64,000 nucleotides of DNA, from NCBI GenBank assembly GCA_040219255.1, contig JAVJSW010000046.1:1-64000 (forward strand). Direction: 5' to 3'. Under the pieces are notes generated by a model. It was not told the DNA's origin, did not search any database, and saw nothing but the letters and a program-made list of their open reading frames with translations. Positions 9,351-18,435 of this stretch are shown piece by piece. The translations under genes and the position numbers were made by a program. This DNA is from Sumerlaeia bacterium (GTDB taxonomy: Bacteria; Sumerlaeota; Sumerlaeia; SLMS01; JAHLLQ01). The stretch's first letter is position 1. Each line of letters begins with the position of its first letter.

Positions 9351-9432
9351 GAGGTATCCGATGATGGCACAAGCCGGAGGCTGATCATTGCCACAAAGAT
9401 TACTCTCTTGTTAGGCATAGTGGTCCGCACGG

Positions 9433-10446
9433 TTACGGTTCGTCCCCCTGCTCCGCAGCCCGGACCTTGTTTGCAAGATCCTCGCTGGGCGTTGGTCCCT
9501 GACGGTAGCTGTAGCTCTCCCTCTTGATCCGCTCCCACTCCACTCGGGGGAGGTTGAAGATCATGCGCCTCGGGGAAGGATCGTTCCTTCTTCCCAGGGT
9601 CTTGTTCACTTCCTCCTTCAGGAACTTGGCCTGTGGAAGATCGACCTCTTCCATCTGGGGCTCTGCGATGGGCAGGTTCTGCTTCCTGATGGGGGCAACA
9701 GGGTGGACCCCGAAGATGTCCTGCTTGTAGTCCTGCTTCGCCATGTACCACAGGCAGCCAGCCAAGTGGGCTTCACTCTGGATGACTTGCACGTCTGTTG
9801 CCGTGCTCTCCCGGCGCTTGTAGCCAGCCGCCTCAGGCCACTCATCCTCAATCTTCTGGTGCACGTCCTTCAACAGTTTCGGGTCAGACACCCAGAGCCA
9901 GACGTGGAAGTGGATGGTGCAGCCGTCGGGCCCACGCTCCATGCAGCGGTAGCCCGCAATCTCGGCCCCTCTCTTCCTGCACCACCGTTCAACTCTCTTG
10001 ATGTACTTGTTGAACACGCGGAGGGCGGCCTTCTCCTCGATCATCTTCAAGGACGGGAACATAAGGGCCATCCCCATGCTCCTATCGATGCACTGGGCGG
10101 GGATGAGCTTCTTGAACTGGACGACGAGCCGATTTCGAGCCGCATCTGAGAGGCCGTGGATGTTGCCACGGGGCTTGATCTTGCCGGTCTTTGGATCACG
10201 CAGGCGTTCGAGCCACTGTTGACGTCGCTCTTCGTCCCACTCTTCGGAATGCACGAGCGCGACAAGGGGTGCCCCTGGGTACTCCACCAGGTAGGGCTCA
10301 AGGCGGTAGGCTTCGATCGGAGAGCCATTGGGTCGCCAGAGGGCTGGGTCAGGGAGGTATTCGTCGACGGAAGAAGCCGGAAACCTTGAGAGAAAGTCTC
10401 GCCACGAGGGCTTTGGCTCAGATTTTATAGATACGTCATCCGACAT
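9433..10446 (-). CDS. HUH-superfamily rolling-circle replication initiator-like protein
   Basis: HUH motif IHFHVWLW preceded by ME, catalytic-Tyr motif WYMAK, and an N-terminal RGNIHGLSDAARNRL segment as in RCR Rep-like proteins. GAGGAGG RBS upstream. Confidence 0.7.
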   Translation of the reverse strand: MSDDVSIKSEPKPSWRDFLSRFPASSVDEYLPDPALWRPNGSPIEAYRLEPYLVEYPGAPLVALVHSEEWDEERRQQWLERLRDPKTGKIKPRGNIHGLSDAARNRLVVQFKKLIPAQCIDRSMGMALMFPSLKMIEEKAALRVFNKYIKRVERWCRKRGAEIAGYRCMERGPDGCTIHFHVWLWVSDPKLLKDVHQKIEDEWPEAAGYKRRESTATDVQVIQSEAHLAGCLWYMAKQDYKQDIFGVHPVAPIRKQNLPIAEPQMEEVDLPQAKFLKEEVNKTLGRRNDPSPRRMIFNLPRVEWERIKRESYSYRQGPTPSEDLANKVRAAEQGDEP

Positions 10447-10579
10447 GGTGAGGGTGCCTCCTCGTCATGTTGTAGGGCCGGGGTGCGCGGTGGCTGCACT
10501 CTGGCCCTTTCCTTATCTATACCGGATGCCGTGTTACGTTCCATTCTGCCACGCATGAAGCGGATGAAATCCCGGCTCC

Positions 10580-11080
10580 TCAGCCCGCCTCCTCCTTCAA
10601 CCAGGCCAGCACTTCAGCCGAGTGGTCTTCGCTGCCCTTGGCCTTCGGCCAGTGCATGGCGATCTTGCCGTCCGGATCAATGACGAAGGTTTCACGGCTG
10701 ACGCCCATGTACTTCTTCCCGTACATCGACTTCTCCTGCCAGAGGCCATACTTCTCCAGGATCTTCATGTCTTCATCGGCGAGCAGCGGGAAGTTCAGGC
10801 TGAACTTGTCCGCGAACTTCTTCTTCGACTTCGAGTCGAGGATGGAGATGCCCAGCACGACGGCGTTCAGCTTCGCGAACTCCGCCGTGGTGTCGCGAAA
10901 GCCGCAGCTCTCCGCCGAGCAGCCGGGAGTCGAATCCTTGGGGTACCCGTACAGGACAACCCAGCGGCCCTTGTAGTCGCTGAGCTTGTGGATCTTGCCG
11001 TCCTGATCGGGGAGCGCGAAGGCCGGGGCCTTCTTGCGGATCATGTCGGAGGGGGTCTCTCCGGTGTTCTTCTTTGCCAT
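10580..11080 (-). CDS. bcp: Peroxiredoxin, Bcp/PrxQ family (intact copy inside the element)
   Basis: APAFALPDQDG, YPKDSTPGCSAESC, KFSLNFPLLAD, KSMYGKKYMG and RETFVID. AAGGA RBS before ATG 11080. Confidence 0.92.
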   Translation of the reverse strand: MAKKNTGETPSDMIRKKAPAFALPDQDGKIHKLSDYKGRWVVLYGYPKDSTPGCSAESCGFRDTTAEFAKLNAVVLGISILDSKSKKKFADKFSLNFPLLADEDMKILEKYGLWQEKSMYGKKYMGVSRETFVIDPDGKIAMHWPKAKGSEDHSAEVLAWLKEEAG

Positions 11081-11119
11081 GGAGTACTGTCCTTTCATGA
11101 GTTACGGAGTGATGTCGAA

Positions 11120-11290
11120 CTACTGTGTAAGGCCAAAAGACGGCGTGTCGTCCTTCGGATAGAAGAACAGCACCACGTGCTTGCCCTTGTAATCGCTGAG
11201 CTTGTGCTGTTTGCCGTCCTGGTCGGGGAGGGTGAAGGCGGGGGCATTTTTGCCGATCATGTCGGAGGGGGTTTCCGCGGTTTTGGCCAT
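11120..11290 (-). pseudogene. bcp: Truncated 5' part of a second bcp gene
   Basis: [26 protein letters not shown]...[12 protein letters not shown], then unrelated SFGLTQ*. Has its own AGGAG RBS. 36/45 aa identical to the adjacent intact copy. Confidence 0.85.
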
Positions 11291-11363
11291 GGGTGGTATG
11301 GCTCCTGGGGTGGATTTGCGGAAGTGGAGGGAGCAAGAAAAGCGCCGGTGTGGCATGGCGGAT

Positions 11364-12011
11364 TCAGTCGCTGGCGGCCTCCAGCATTGCGAGCCATTCC
11401 TTGTCTCCGCGCACGATGGCGCCAAGGTTTTCGGTGACTTTCTCAACGGGCCAATTCCACCATCGAACCCGGAGAAGTTGGCCGATGGTTTCTTCGTCGA
11501 AGCGCTTGCGGATGGGGCGCGCGGGGTTGCCGCCAACGATCGTGTAGGGTTCGACGTCCCGGGTGACGACGGAGCCCGCGCCGACAATGGAGCCGTCGCC
11601 GATGCTCACGCCCGGCAGGACGGTCGCGCCGAACCCGATCCAGACGTCGTTTCCCACGACCGTGTCGCCTTTGTTTGTGGAGGAGTCTTGCGGGGGGACG
11701 TGGTTCCCCCAATCGTCACCAAAAATATAGAACGGAAAGGAGGAAAATCCCGCCAGCGAATGATTGCCGCCGTTCATCAAGAACCGTACGCCCCGGGCGA
11801 TCGAGCAGTAGCGCCCGATAATCAGGCGGTCTCCGATGAAGTCGAAGTGATAGAGCACATTATTCTTCTCGAAATTCTCCGGGCCCGCCGGGTCGTCGAA
11901 GTAGGTATAGTCGCCCACGATGATTCGCTCGCACTCGATGACCTGATTCAGGAAGACCAGGCCCTTGTATTGAGCCAGCGGGAAACGCTGTTGGCTGTCG
12001 GGGATGTTCAT
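11364..12011 (-). CDS. CatB/Vat-family hexapeptide O-acetyltransferase
   Basis: [51 protein letters not shown] and WWNW. ATGA overlap with the upstream gene. Confidence 0.9.
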   Translation of the reverse strand: MNIPDSQQRFPLAQYKGLVFLNQVIECERIIVGDYTYFDDPAGPENFEKNNVLYHFDFIGDRLIIGRYCSIARGVRFLMNGGNHSLAGFSSFPFYIFGDDWGNHVPPQDSSTNKGDTVVGNDVWIGFGATVLPGVSIGDGSIVGAGSVVTRDVEPYTIVGGNPARPIRKRFDEETIGQLLRVRWWNWPVEKVTENLGAIVRGDKEWLAMLEAASD

Positions 12012-13360
12012 GGGGTAAGCCTTTCCAGGGTCATCGCGGAGTCTTGATGCTCGCGTTTCGCGATTCGCCGGGCCCCCGCGGCCCCCACGACCCCCGCCGT
12101 CATCACAATCCACAGCGGATCCACCAACGCCAGTCGGTATCGCACGTCTGGCTGGCTGATGGCGTAGGGCAGGGTGACGGTCGCGCCGATCAGCAGCGCG
12201 AGCAGGGCGAGGCGCCGCGCTTCGCCCCCTCGCCGCAGCATCGCAATCAGCCCCCAGGTCCCGAGAATCAGAACCGGCGCCATACTGAGAAACGCGACGA
12301 TTTGCTGGGGGAGGGCGTTGCGGATGATCGGCGACCAGAAATGGGCGGCCTTTCTCACCGTCAGGATGGCGAAGAAGCCGGGGTCGGCGGCGATGTAGGC
12401 CTTGGCCTCGGCGGCCCATCGGGCGCCGGTGGCCATTTCGTCCTCGATTCCGGCGTAGGCGCGGAGTTGTGTCAGCTTCAAGTAGTCGTCCGGAACTTGC
12501 AGTAGCTCGCGCTCCTCGCCGTACCAGATGTTGGTGTAGAGCGAATGCTGCGTCAGTCCCTGGGCGAAGGTGATCGGAAAGTTCGTCGAGATGGGAATGA
12601 AGCGCCCTTCGCTCGCGACGGCATTGCGCGCCGTCCAACCGCCAAGGATCAGGGCCGCGGGAAGGGCATAGGCGGCGGCGGCGCTGAATCGGCCTTTCCA
12701 ATCGGCGCCCCCAAACCACAGCACGTAAAGCCCGAGCATCGGCACGGCCGCCCCCAGTGCGGACTTATTGAGAATCGCCAGCGCCATCAAACCCCCGGCC
12801 ACGCCATAGAGCGGGAGCGAACGGCGATTCTGGGCCAGCAGTAGCACCCAAACCGCCAGCAAGAGTTGGGTCCGAGCCAGCACTTCCGTGAGAATCTGAG
12901 CGGCTTGCAGGATGAAGGCGGGGTAGAGCGCGAAGCCCGCCGCCGCCAACACCGCCGCCCCTCGCGACAGCCCGCCCGCCCGGGCCACAGCTCCCGCCAG
13001 CGCGCAATTCAAGGCGCCCAGAAACGCCTGAACCACCGCCACCGCCAGCAAATTCCCCGCCCCAAAGAATGCGTACAGGACCGCAAGAAACACCGGAAAG
13101 ACCGGCGGGCGGAACGCCGTTGGCTCGCCACTCGGGGCCGAGTAGCGGAAATCGCTCAGCATCGTCCGGGCCAGGTGGTCGTAGTCGCCGGCGTCGCTCA
13201 GCGGCACCAGGCAGTCGCACGGGAGCGGGGGCGAAACGGAGACCATGATGAGGCGCAGCAGCAGCGCCAGGGCCGCGACCTCAAGGAGAACGATCCGGAA
13301 TCGGCGGGAATCGGATAGGGCGCTTTCGGCGTTCGAGAGCAGGGACCGGTGCAAAAACAT
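12008..13360 (-). CDS. ArnT/GT39-like membrane glycosyltransferase
   Basis: DAGDY...A, TAFRPPVFP, multiple TM segments, ILTE, WTARN and RY near the C-terminus. Confidence 0.75.
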   Translation of the reverse strand: MFLHRSLLSNAESALSDSRRFRIVLLEVAALALLLRLIMVSVSPPLPCDCLVPLSDAGDYDHLARTMLSDFRYSAPSGEPTAFRPPVFPVFLAVLYAFFGAGNLLAVAVVQAFLGALNCALAGAVARAGGLSRGAAVLAAAGFALYPAFILQAAQILTEVLARTQLLLAVWVLLLAQNRRSLPLYGVAGGLMALAILNKSALGAAVPMLGLYVLWFGGADWKGRFSAAAAYALPAALILGGWTARNAVASEGRFIPISTNFPITFAQGLTQHSLYTNIWYGEERELLQVPDDYLKLTQLRAYAGIEDEMATGARWAAEAKAYIAADPGFFAILTVRKAAHFWSPIIRNALPQQIVAFLSMAPVLILGTWGLIAMLRRGGEARRLALLALLIGATVTLPYAISQPDVRYRLALVDPLWIVMTAGVVGAAGARRIAKREHQDSAMTLERLTP

Positions 13361-13635
13361 CGCAAGACCTGACGGGCAAGGGCGTTGGCAAAGCGGGAGC
13401 CTTTGCGCGAGGCGAAGTCCGCCGCAGCAGAAAAATCCTCCGCCCGACCTTTGGGTCTACGGGGACGCGCGATTTCTTTCAGTATGATCGCTAGCAATCC
13501 CCCATCCGCCCTGCCCAGGAGGCACGGCGATGGATCGCCAAGTCTCCTGCTCGCGTGGCCACGATTCCCCTTGCCTGTCGTCTGCCCACTCTTCTCAAAT
13601 CCCCCGCTTCTGATCTTAGCGCTGAGTTCTAACCC

Positions 13636-14664
13636 TTGCCTCAGTTTCAGTTTGTTCTTCCCCTTCCATTTCTCTGCCTCTGCGTCGACCTCGCCGCCGA
13701 AACCCGCCTCTATCTGGGCTCCAGCGTTTTTGCCTCCATTATTGAGGTCGATACCGCGACTGGCAATCGCAAGCTGATCGACTTGGATGACTGGCCCAGA
13801 GTCATCAAAGCCACAGACCTCGCCGTCTCTCGCGAAGGATTCGTTTATTTCGACGCATTTGATGCGTTGCAGCGGACGGGAATTCATCGCGTCGATCCGA
13901 CGTCTCAGGCGGTTCTGCCCATCAGCGGTGGAATTGACGGCTTTCGGAACGACCTGTTGGGCGAAGGTCCGAGCTTCGGACGCATCGATCATCTCTCCCT
14001 GGATGGCGGTCAACTCTTTGCAATCAGCCTGGGCCAGACTTTGATCAGGACAGAGTTGACGACCGGCGATCGCTTCTTCGTGACATCACCTCCCGAACCT
14101 CCCACGAGCCGTACCCTGGCTCTCGACCAACCCTCGCCAGGCGCCTTGCCAAACAACTTCGTCGATCTCGTTCCTATTGATGCCCAGACTCTTCTCGTTG
14201 CTGACGCTTTCGAGGGCCTCATGTACGTCGACATTCCCTCCGGCCGCGTGACGTCATGGAACCCCGGCAGCATTCTGCGCTCAAACCCGCGCCGCCTGGA
14301 TCTCGCCCCGGATGGCAGGCTCCTTTATTCCATTGCCGACCCCGATGAAGCCGCGCTCTGGGCCGTGAATCTTCGAACGGGAACAGAAACGCTGTTCTCA
14401 GGTAGCTTTGGTGGGATAGAAGCGGGAGACGGGCCCCTTTTTCGCTCGCCCTCCGACATCGCTGTCGATGCCAGAGGAAACATCTGGGTCTACGATGCCC
14501 TTGAACTTTCTCTTTATCGGCTTACACAAGACGGCGACCGCACACTCGTATCCTCGCCAACGGTCGGCAGCGGCGATGACTTCTTCAGTTTCCAGTTTTC
14601 CCCATCTCTTGCCACCTTCGAGAAGGCCTATCCCAGTCAGAGACTGGGCTGGCTGGTTTACTAG
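13636..14664 (+). CDS. Secreted beta-propeller (NHL/SMP-30-like) protein
   Basis: Repeated blades (IEVDTATGNR, RVDPTSQA, RTELTTGDR, PSDIAVDARGNIWVYD), weak signal peptide, C-terminus GWLVY. Confidence 0.6.
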   Translation: MPQFQFVLPLPFLCLCVDLAAETRLYLGSSVFASIIEVDTATGNRKLIDLDDWPRVIKATDLAVSREGFVYFDAFDALQRTGIHRVDPTSQAVLPISGGIDGFRNDLLGEGPSFGRIDHLSLDGGQLFAISLGQTLIRTELTTGDRFFVTSPPEPPTSRTLALDQPSPGALPNNFVDLVPIDAQTLLVADAFEGLMYVDIPSGRVTSWNPGSILRSNPRRLDLAPDGRLLYSIADPDEAALWAVNLRTGTETLFSGSFGGIEAGDGPLFRSPSDIAVDARGNIWVYDALELSLYRLTQDGDRTLVSSPTVGSGDDFFSFQFSPSLATFEKAYPSQRLGWLVY

Positions 14665-15145
14665 ACGCTCTTGTCGATCAGGTCACGCGACCTGGATCGA
14701 GGTCCCGGTGTCGCTCACAACGGCATCATGGTCACCTCAGCAGCGAAAGGTGAAGCAGTAATCTGAGCCAGCCCCAGCACGGTCATTTTCCATGATACAA
14801 AGACGGTGCGCTCATCTCTGATAGCGGCGAGGGAGCGGTAGGGGAGAGGACGCTGGCTTGCCCTAAGAGTTGAGCAAATGCGCGATCACATAGTCCCTCC
14901 CGTCCGGCGCTTCAAGTAGGAATTCCCGGCACCCATGTTCTAGGAAATGGCGCGAAGGATTTTCATGCTGGGAAGCTCTCCAGAAGGGGCAAAGCAGTCA
15001 CAGGGCCCTGCCAGCGCTTATTCTGTGGGACTGACACGATGGTCAGCGAATCGCCTCGCAAGCGAGGCTTGCCCCCCGCCGCCGTCCTCCCCAGCATATC
15101 GCTTCCGTAAGGATTGATGCTTTCCCGCAAGGATACCCTTCCCTC

Positions 15146-16744
15146 ATGAGCGAACTTCGCGAACCGCGTTTTGAAGATTTCACGTCCTGGCTTTGCGTCC
15201 GGGATGAACTCCGTTTTCGTCTCGACGCCAGCCGCATGGGCATGATCTCGCAAGACCTGGACGCCCTGGCGCCCGCCATGGAGAAGGCCTTCGACGCCAT
15301 GGCCTCGCTTGAAAAAGGCGCCGTCGCCAATCCGGACGAGGGCCGTCAGGTCGGCCACTATTGGTTGCGCGCGCCGAAGCTGGCCCCCGATGCGGATCGC
15401 CGCGCGGAAATCGAAGGCGTTCTCGAACTGATCGGCGACATCACCGACGCCATCCACAGCGGCGGCATCAAGCCGCCGAAAGCCGACAAGTTCCGCAATC
15501 TGCTCATCATCGGCATCGGGGGCAGCGCCCTCGGGCCACAATTCATCGACTCCGCCCTGGGCAGGCCGGGCCGCGACCGCATGCGCGTTTACTTCTTCGA
15601 CAACACCGACCCCGACGGCATGGACAAAGTCCTCGGCGCCATTGGCCGCTACGGGCTGACGGAAACCCTCGCCCTGGTCATCAGCAAGTCCGGTGGAACG
15701 AAGGAAACACGCAACGGGATGCTGGAGGCCGAGCGAGCCTTTGGCGAAGCCGGTCATCGCTTCGCCCACCACGCCATCGCCATCACGGGCATCGGCAGCA
15801 AACTCGACCGCCACGCCGAGTCCGAAAGCTGGATCGCCCGCGTCCCCATGTACGATTACATCGGCGGCCGCACCAGTGTCATGAGCGCCGTCGGCCTGCT
15901 GCCCGCCGCGCTTCAGGGTCTCGACACCCAGGGTCTGCTCTCTGGCGCCGCCGCTATGGACGCCGCCACCCGTGATCGCGACCTCCGCAAGAACCCCGCC
16001 GCCCTGCTCGCCGCCTGCTGGTACTTCGCCACCAACGGCAAGGGCGAAAAGGACATGGTCGTCCTGCCCTACAAGGACCGCCTTGAACTCTTCAGCAAAT
16101 ACCTCCAGCAACTCGTCATGGAATCCCTTGGCAAGGAACTCGACCTGGACGGTAACGTCGTGAACCAGGGCATCGCCGTTTACGGCAACAAGGGCTCGAC
16201 CGATCAGCACGCCTACGTGCAGCAACTCCGCGAAGGCGTGAACAACTTCTTCGTGGCCTTCATCCAGGTCCTCAAAGACCGCACCGGGGAGTTCTTCGAG
16301 GTCGAGGACGGCGCGACCTCCGGCGATTACCTCAACGGTTTCTTCATGGGCACCCGGTCCGCCCTCGCGGAAAAAGGCCGGCAAAGCCTCACCATCACAG
16401 TCGAAGAAGTCTCCCCCCGCAGCGTTGGCATGCTGATTGCCCTCTTCGAACGCGCCGTGGGGTTCTACGCCACCCTGGTCAACATCAACGCCTATCACCA
16501 GCCCGGCGTCGAAGCCGGCAAGAAGGCGGCGGAAGGATTTCTAGCGCTGCAGAAGGAAGCGGAAGCGGCACTGCGCGGGAATCTCGGCAAGGCCCACAGC
16601 GCGGCCGAAATCGCCGCCGTGATCGGTGCCCCGGACCGGGCCGAGGCGGTGTTCCTTCTTCTCGAGCATCTGGCGGCGAATCGATCCGATATCGAGCAAA
16701 CGGGCGGCATGGAACCGGCCGCGGCTCGCTTCTCCGTCCGCTGA
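15146..16744 (+). CDS. pgi: Glucose-6-phosphate isomerase
   Basis: [43 protein letters not shown] and QPGVEAGK. Confidence 0.97.
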   Translation: MSELREPRFEDFTSWLCVRDELRFRLDASRMGMISQDLDALAPAMEKAFDAMASLEKGAVANPDEGRQVGHYWLRAPKLAPDADRRAEIEGVLELIGDITDAIHSGGIKPPKADKFRNLLIIGIGGSALGPQFIDSALGRPGRDRMRVYFFDNTDPDGMDKVLGAIGRYGLTETLALVISKSGGTKETRNGMLEAERAFGEAGHRFAHHAIAITGIGSKLDRHAESESWIARVPMYDYIGGRTSVMSAVGLLPAALQGLDTQGLLSGAAAMDAATRDRDLRKNPAALLAACWYFATNGKGEKDMVVLPYKDRLELFSKYLQQLVMESLGKELDLDGNVVNQGIAVYGNKGSTDQHAYVQQLREGVNNFFVAFIQVLKDRTGEFFEVEDGATSGDYLNGFFMGTRSALAEKGRQSLTITVEEVSPRSVGMLIALFERAVGFYATLVNINAYHQPGVEAGKKAAEGFLALQKEAEAALRGNLGKAHSAAEIAAVIGAPDRAEAVFLLLEHLAANRSDIEQTGGMEPAAARFSVR

Positions 16745-16944
16745 ACGAGGGTCAGACATCGCCACTCCCAGGGCGCGCGATGCAAGAAGTTGCGCCCCGG
16801 TCGCGGGCAACCCTTGACTCCCGCGAAAGCTAAAGCGTTACATACGGATTGATCGGAAAGTTTGCCCGCTTTTCGCGCAAACCTCCGCGCCGTCGCAGCC
16901 CACCCTCTGACCTTTACTGATTTTTGCTGGAGAATCCACAGACT

Positions 16945-18258
16945 ATGTCTACCGCAACGACCGATGCCCAAACCAAAACGGCCACAATCTCCGTGGAGGG
17001 GCAGACGATCGAACTTCCCGTCATCGTAGGGACCGAGAACGAGAAAGCGATCGATATCAGTACTCTGCGCTCGTCCACCGGCTACATCACCTATGATGAC
17101 GGCTTCAAGAACACCGGGTCTTGCCAGAGCGAAGTGACCTTCATCGACGGCGAAAAGGGCATCCTGCGCTATCGCGGAATTCCGATCGAGGAACTGGCGG
17201 AAAAATCCAACTTCGTCGAAACCGCCTACCTCATCATCTATGGCAAACTGCCGTCCAAGGTGGAACTCGATCGCTTCACGCATCAGATCGCCGACCACAC
17301 GCCCCTGCACGAGCAAGCCTACCACGCCATCGAAGGGTTCTCGTCCAGCGCCAACCCGATGGCCGTGCTCTCCGGTATGATTAACGTCATCGCTGGCTAC
17401 GCCCCGCCCCTCAGCGGCGAGGACCCGGAGGCGGAATTTCAATCCTCCGTCGCCCGCCTTCTCGGCAAGGCCGCTAGCATTTGCGCCGCCACCTATCGCA
17501 AGGCCATCGGCAAGTCCCGCGTCGAAACCCTGCGCGATACAGCCTACGCTCACAATTTCCTCCACCAGATGTTCGCCGATCCCGGGTCGAAGTACCAAGC
17601 CGACCCCGACGTGGCCCGCGCGCTCGACGTCATTCTACTCCTGCACGCCGACCACGAGCAAAACTGCTCGACCTCCACGGTGCGCATGGTGGGCAGCAGC
17701 CAGGCCAACCTCTACGCCTCCGTCGCCGCTGGCGTCTGCGCCCTCTGGGGACCCCTCCACGGCGGCGCCAACGTCAAGGTTCTCAAGATGCTGGCGGAAA
17801 TCAAAACCTCCGGCGCCACCATCGAGGAAGTCATCAAACGCGCCAAGGATAAGGACGATCCCTTCCGCCTCTTCGGCTTTGGCCACCGCGTTTACAAGAA
17901 CTTCGACCCCCGCGCCAAAATCCTCAAAGCCTCCGCGGACAAAGTCCTCTCCAAGATGGGCAAGGACGACGAACTGCTCGACATCGCCCGCAAACTCGAA
18001 GACGTCGCCCTCAACGATCCCTACTTCGTGGATCGCAAACTCTACCCGAACGTCGACTTCTACAGCGGCATCATCATGCGCGCCATGGGCATCCCTGTCG
18101 ACCTGTTCACCGTCATGTTCGCCATGGGCCGCATGCCCGGATGGATCGCCAACTGGAAAGAAGTGCACGACAATCCCAAGTCGGTCATCTACCGTCCCCG
18201 TCAAGTCTATCAGGGCCCCACGATCAACCGCTACATCGCGATCGAGGACCGTTCCTGA
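16945..18258 (+). CDS. gltA: Citrate synthase
   Basis: FIDGEKGILRYRG, HADHEQNCST, GPLHGGAN, GFGHRVYK and YPNVDFYSG. Confidence 0.97.
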   Translation: MSTATTDAQTKTATISVEGQTIELPVIVGTENEKAIDISTLRSSTGYITYDDGFKNTGSCQSEVTFIDGEKGILRYRGIPIEELAEKSNFVETAYLIIYGKLPSKVELDRFTHQIADHTPLHEQAYHAIEGFSSSANPMAVLSGMINVIAGYAPPLSGEDPEAEFQSSVARLLGKAASICAATYRKAIGKSRVETLRDTAYAHNFLHQMFADPGSKYQADPDVARALDVILLLHADHEQNCSTSTVRMVGSSQANLYASVAAGVCALWGPLHGGANVKVLKMLAEIKTSGATIEEVIKRAKDKDDPFRLFGFGHRVYKNFDPRAKILKASADKVLSKMGKDDELLDIARKLEDVALNDPYFVDRKLYPNVDFYSGIIMRAMGIPVDLFTVMFAMGRMPGWIANWKEVHDNPKSVIYRPRQVYQGPTINRYIAIEDRS

Positions 18259-18435
18259 CGCGTCCGCACGCCCCGCAAACTCAAGTCGCGACGGATGGAG
18301 TGTGCACCCGTCCACTCCATCTGTATCGTTCCAGCCGCGCAATGGCCTTGACCGGCCACCAGACTCAAACTTAAGCTCTTCAGGCCGAGGTCGTTTGCCT
18401 GGCCCATCCCCTCCCCCTTCGTTACTTTTCGTCTT

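Larger units (their letters stand above)
1..11140. mobile_element. Right part of an integrated element/genomic island inserted in bcp (left end outside the window)
   Basis: Contains an intron, defence-like operon, excisionase-type HTH and HUH Rep. It is bounded by a bcp 5' fragment broken at 11141/11140. No integrase is visible in the window. Confidence 0.7.

Noticed and set aside
1-11140. Prophage
   Set aside because: No capsid, terminase, tail or inovirus Zot/coat genes lie in the visible part.
11120-11290. Truncated bcp read as a selenoprotein (Sec at the peroxidatic position)
   Set aside because: There is no in-frame TGA at the Cys position. The frame continues TCT TTT GGC and the downstream sequence is not the bcp remainder.
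16813-16845. Sigma-70 promoters at TTGACT/TTGACG upstream of gltA, Rrf2 and rpoN
   Set aside because: Good -35 hexamers, but no convincing TAnnnT at 16-18 bp spacing.
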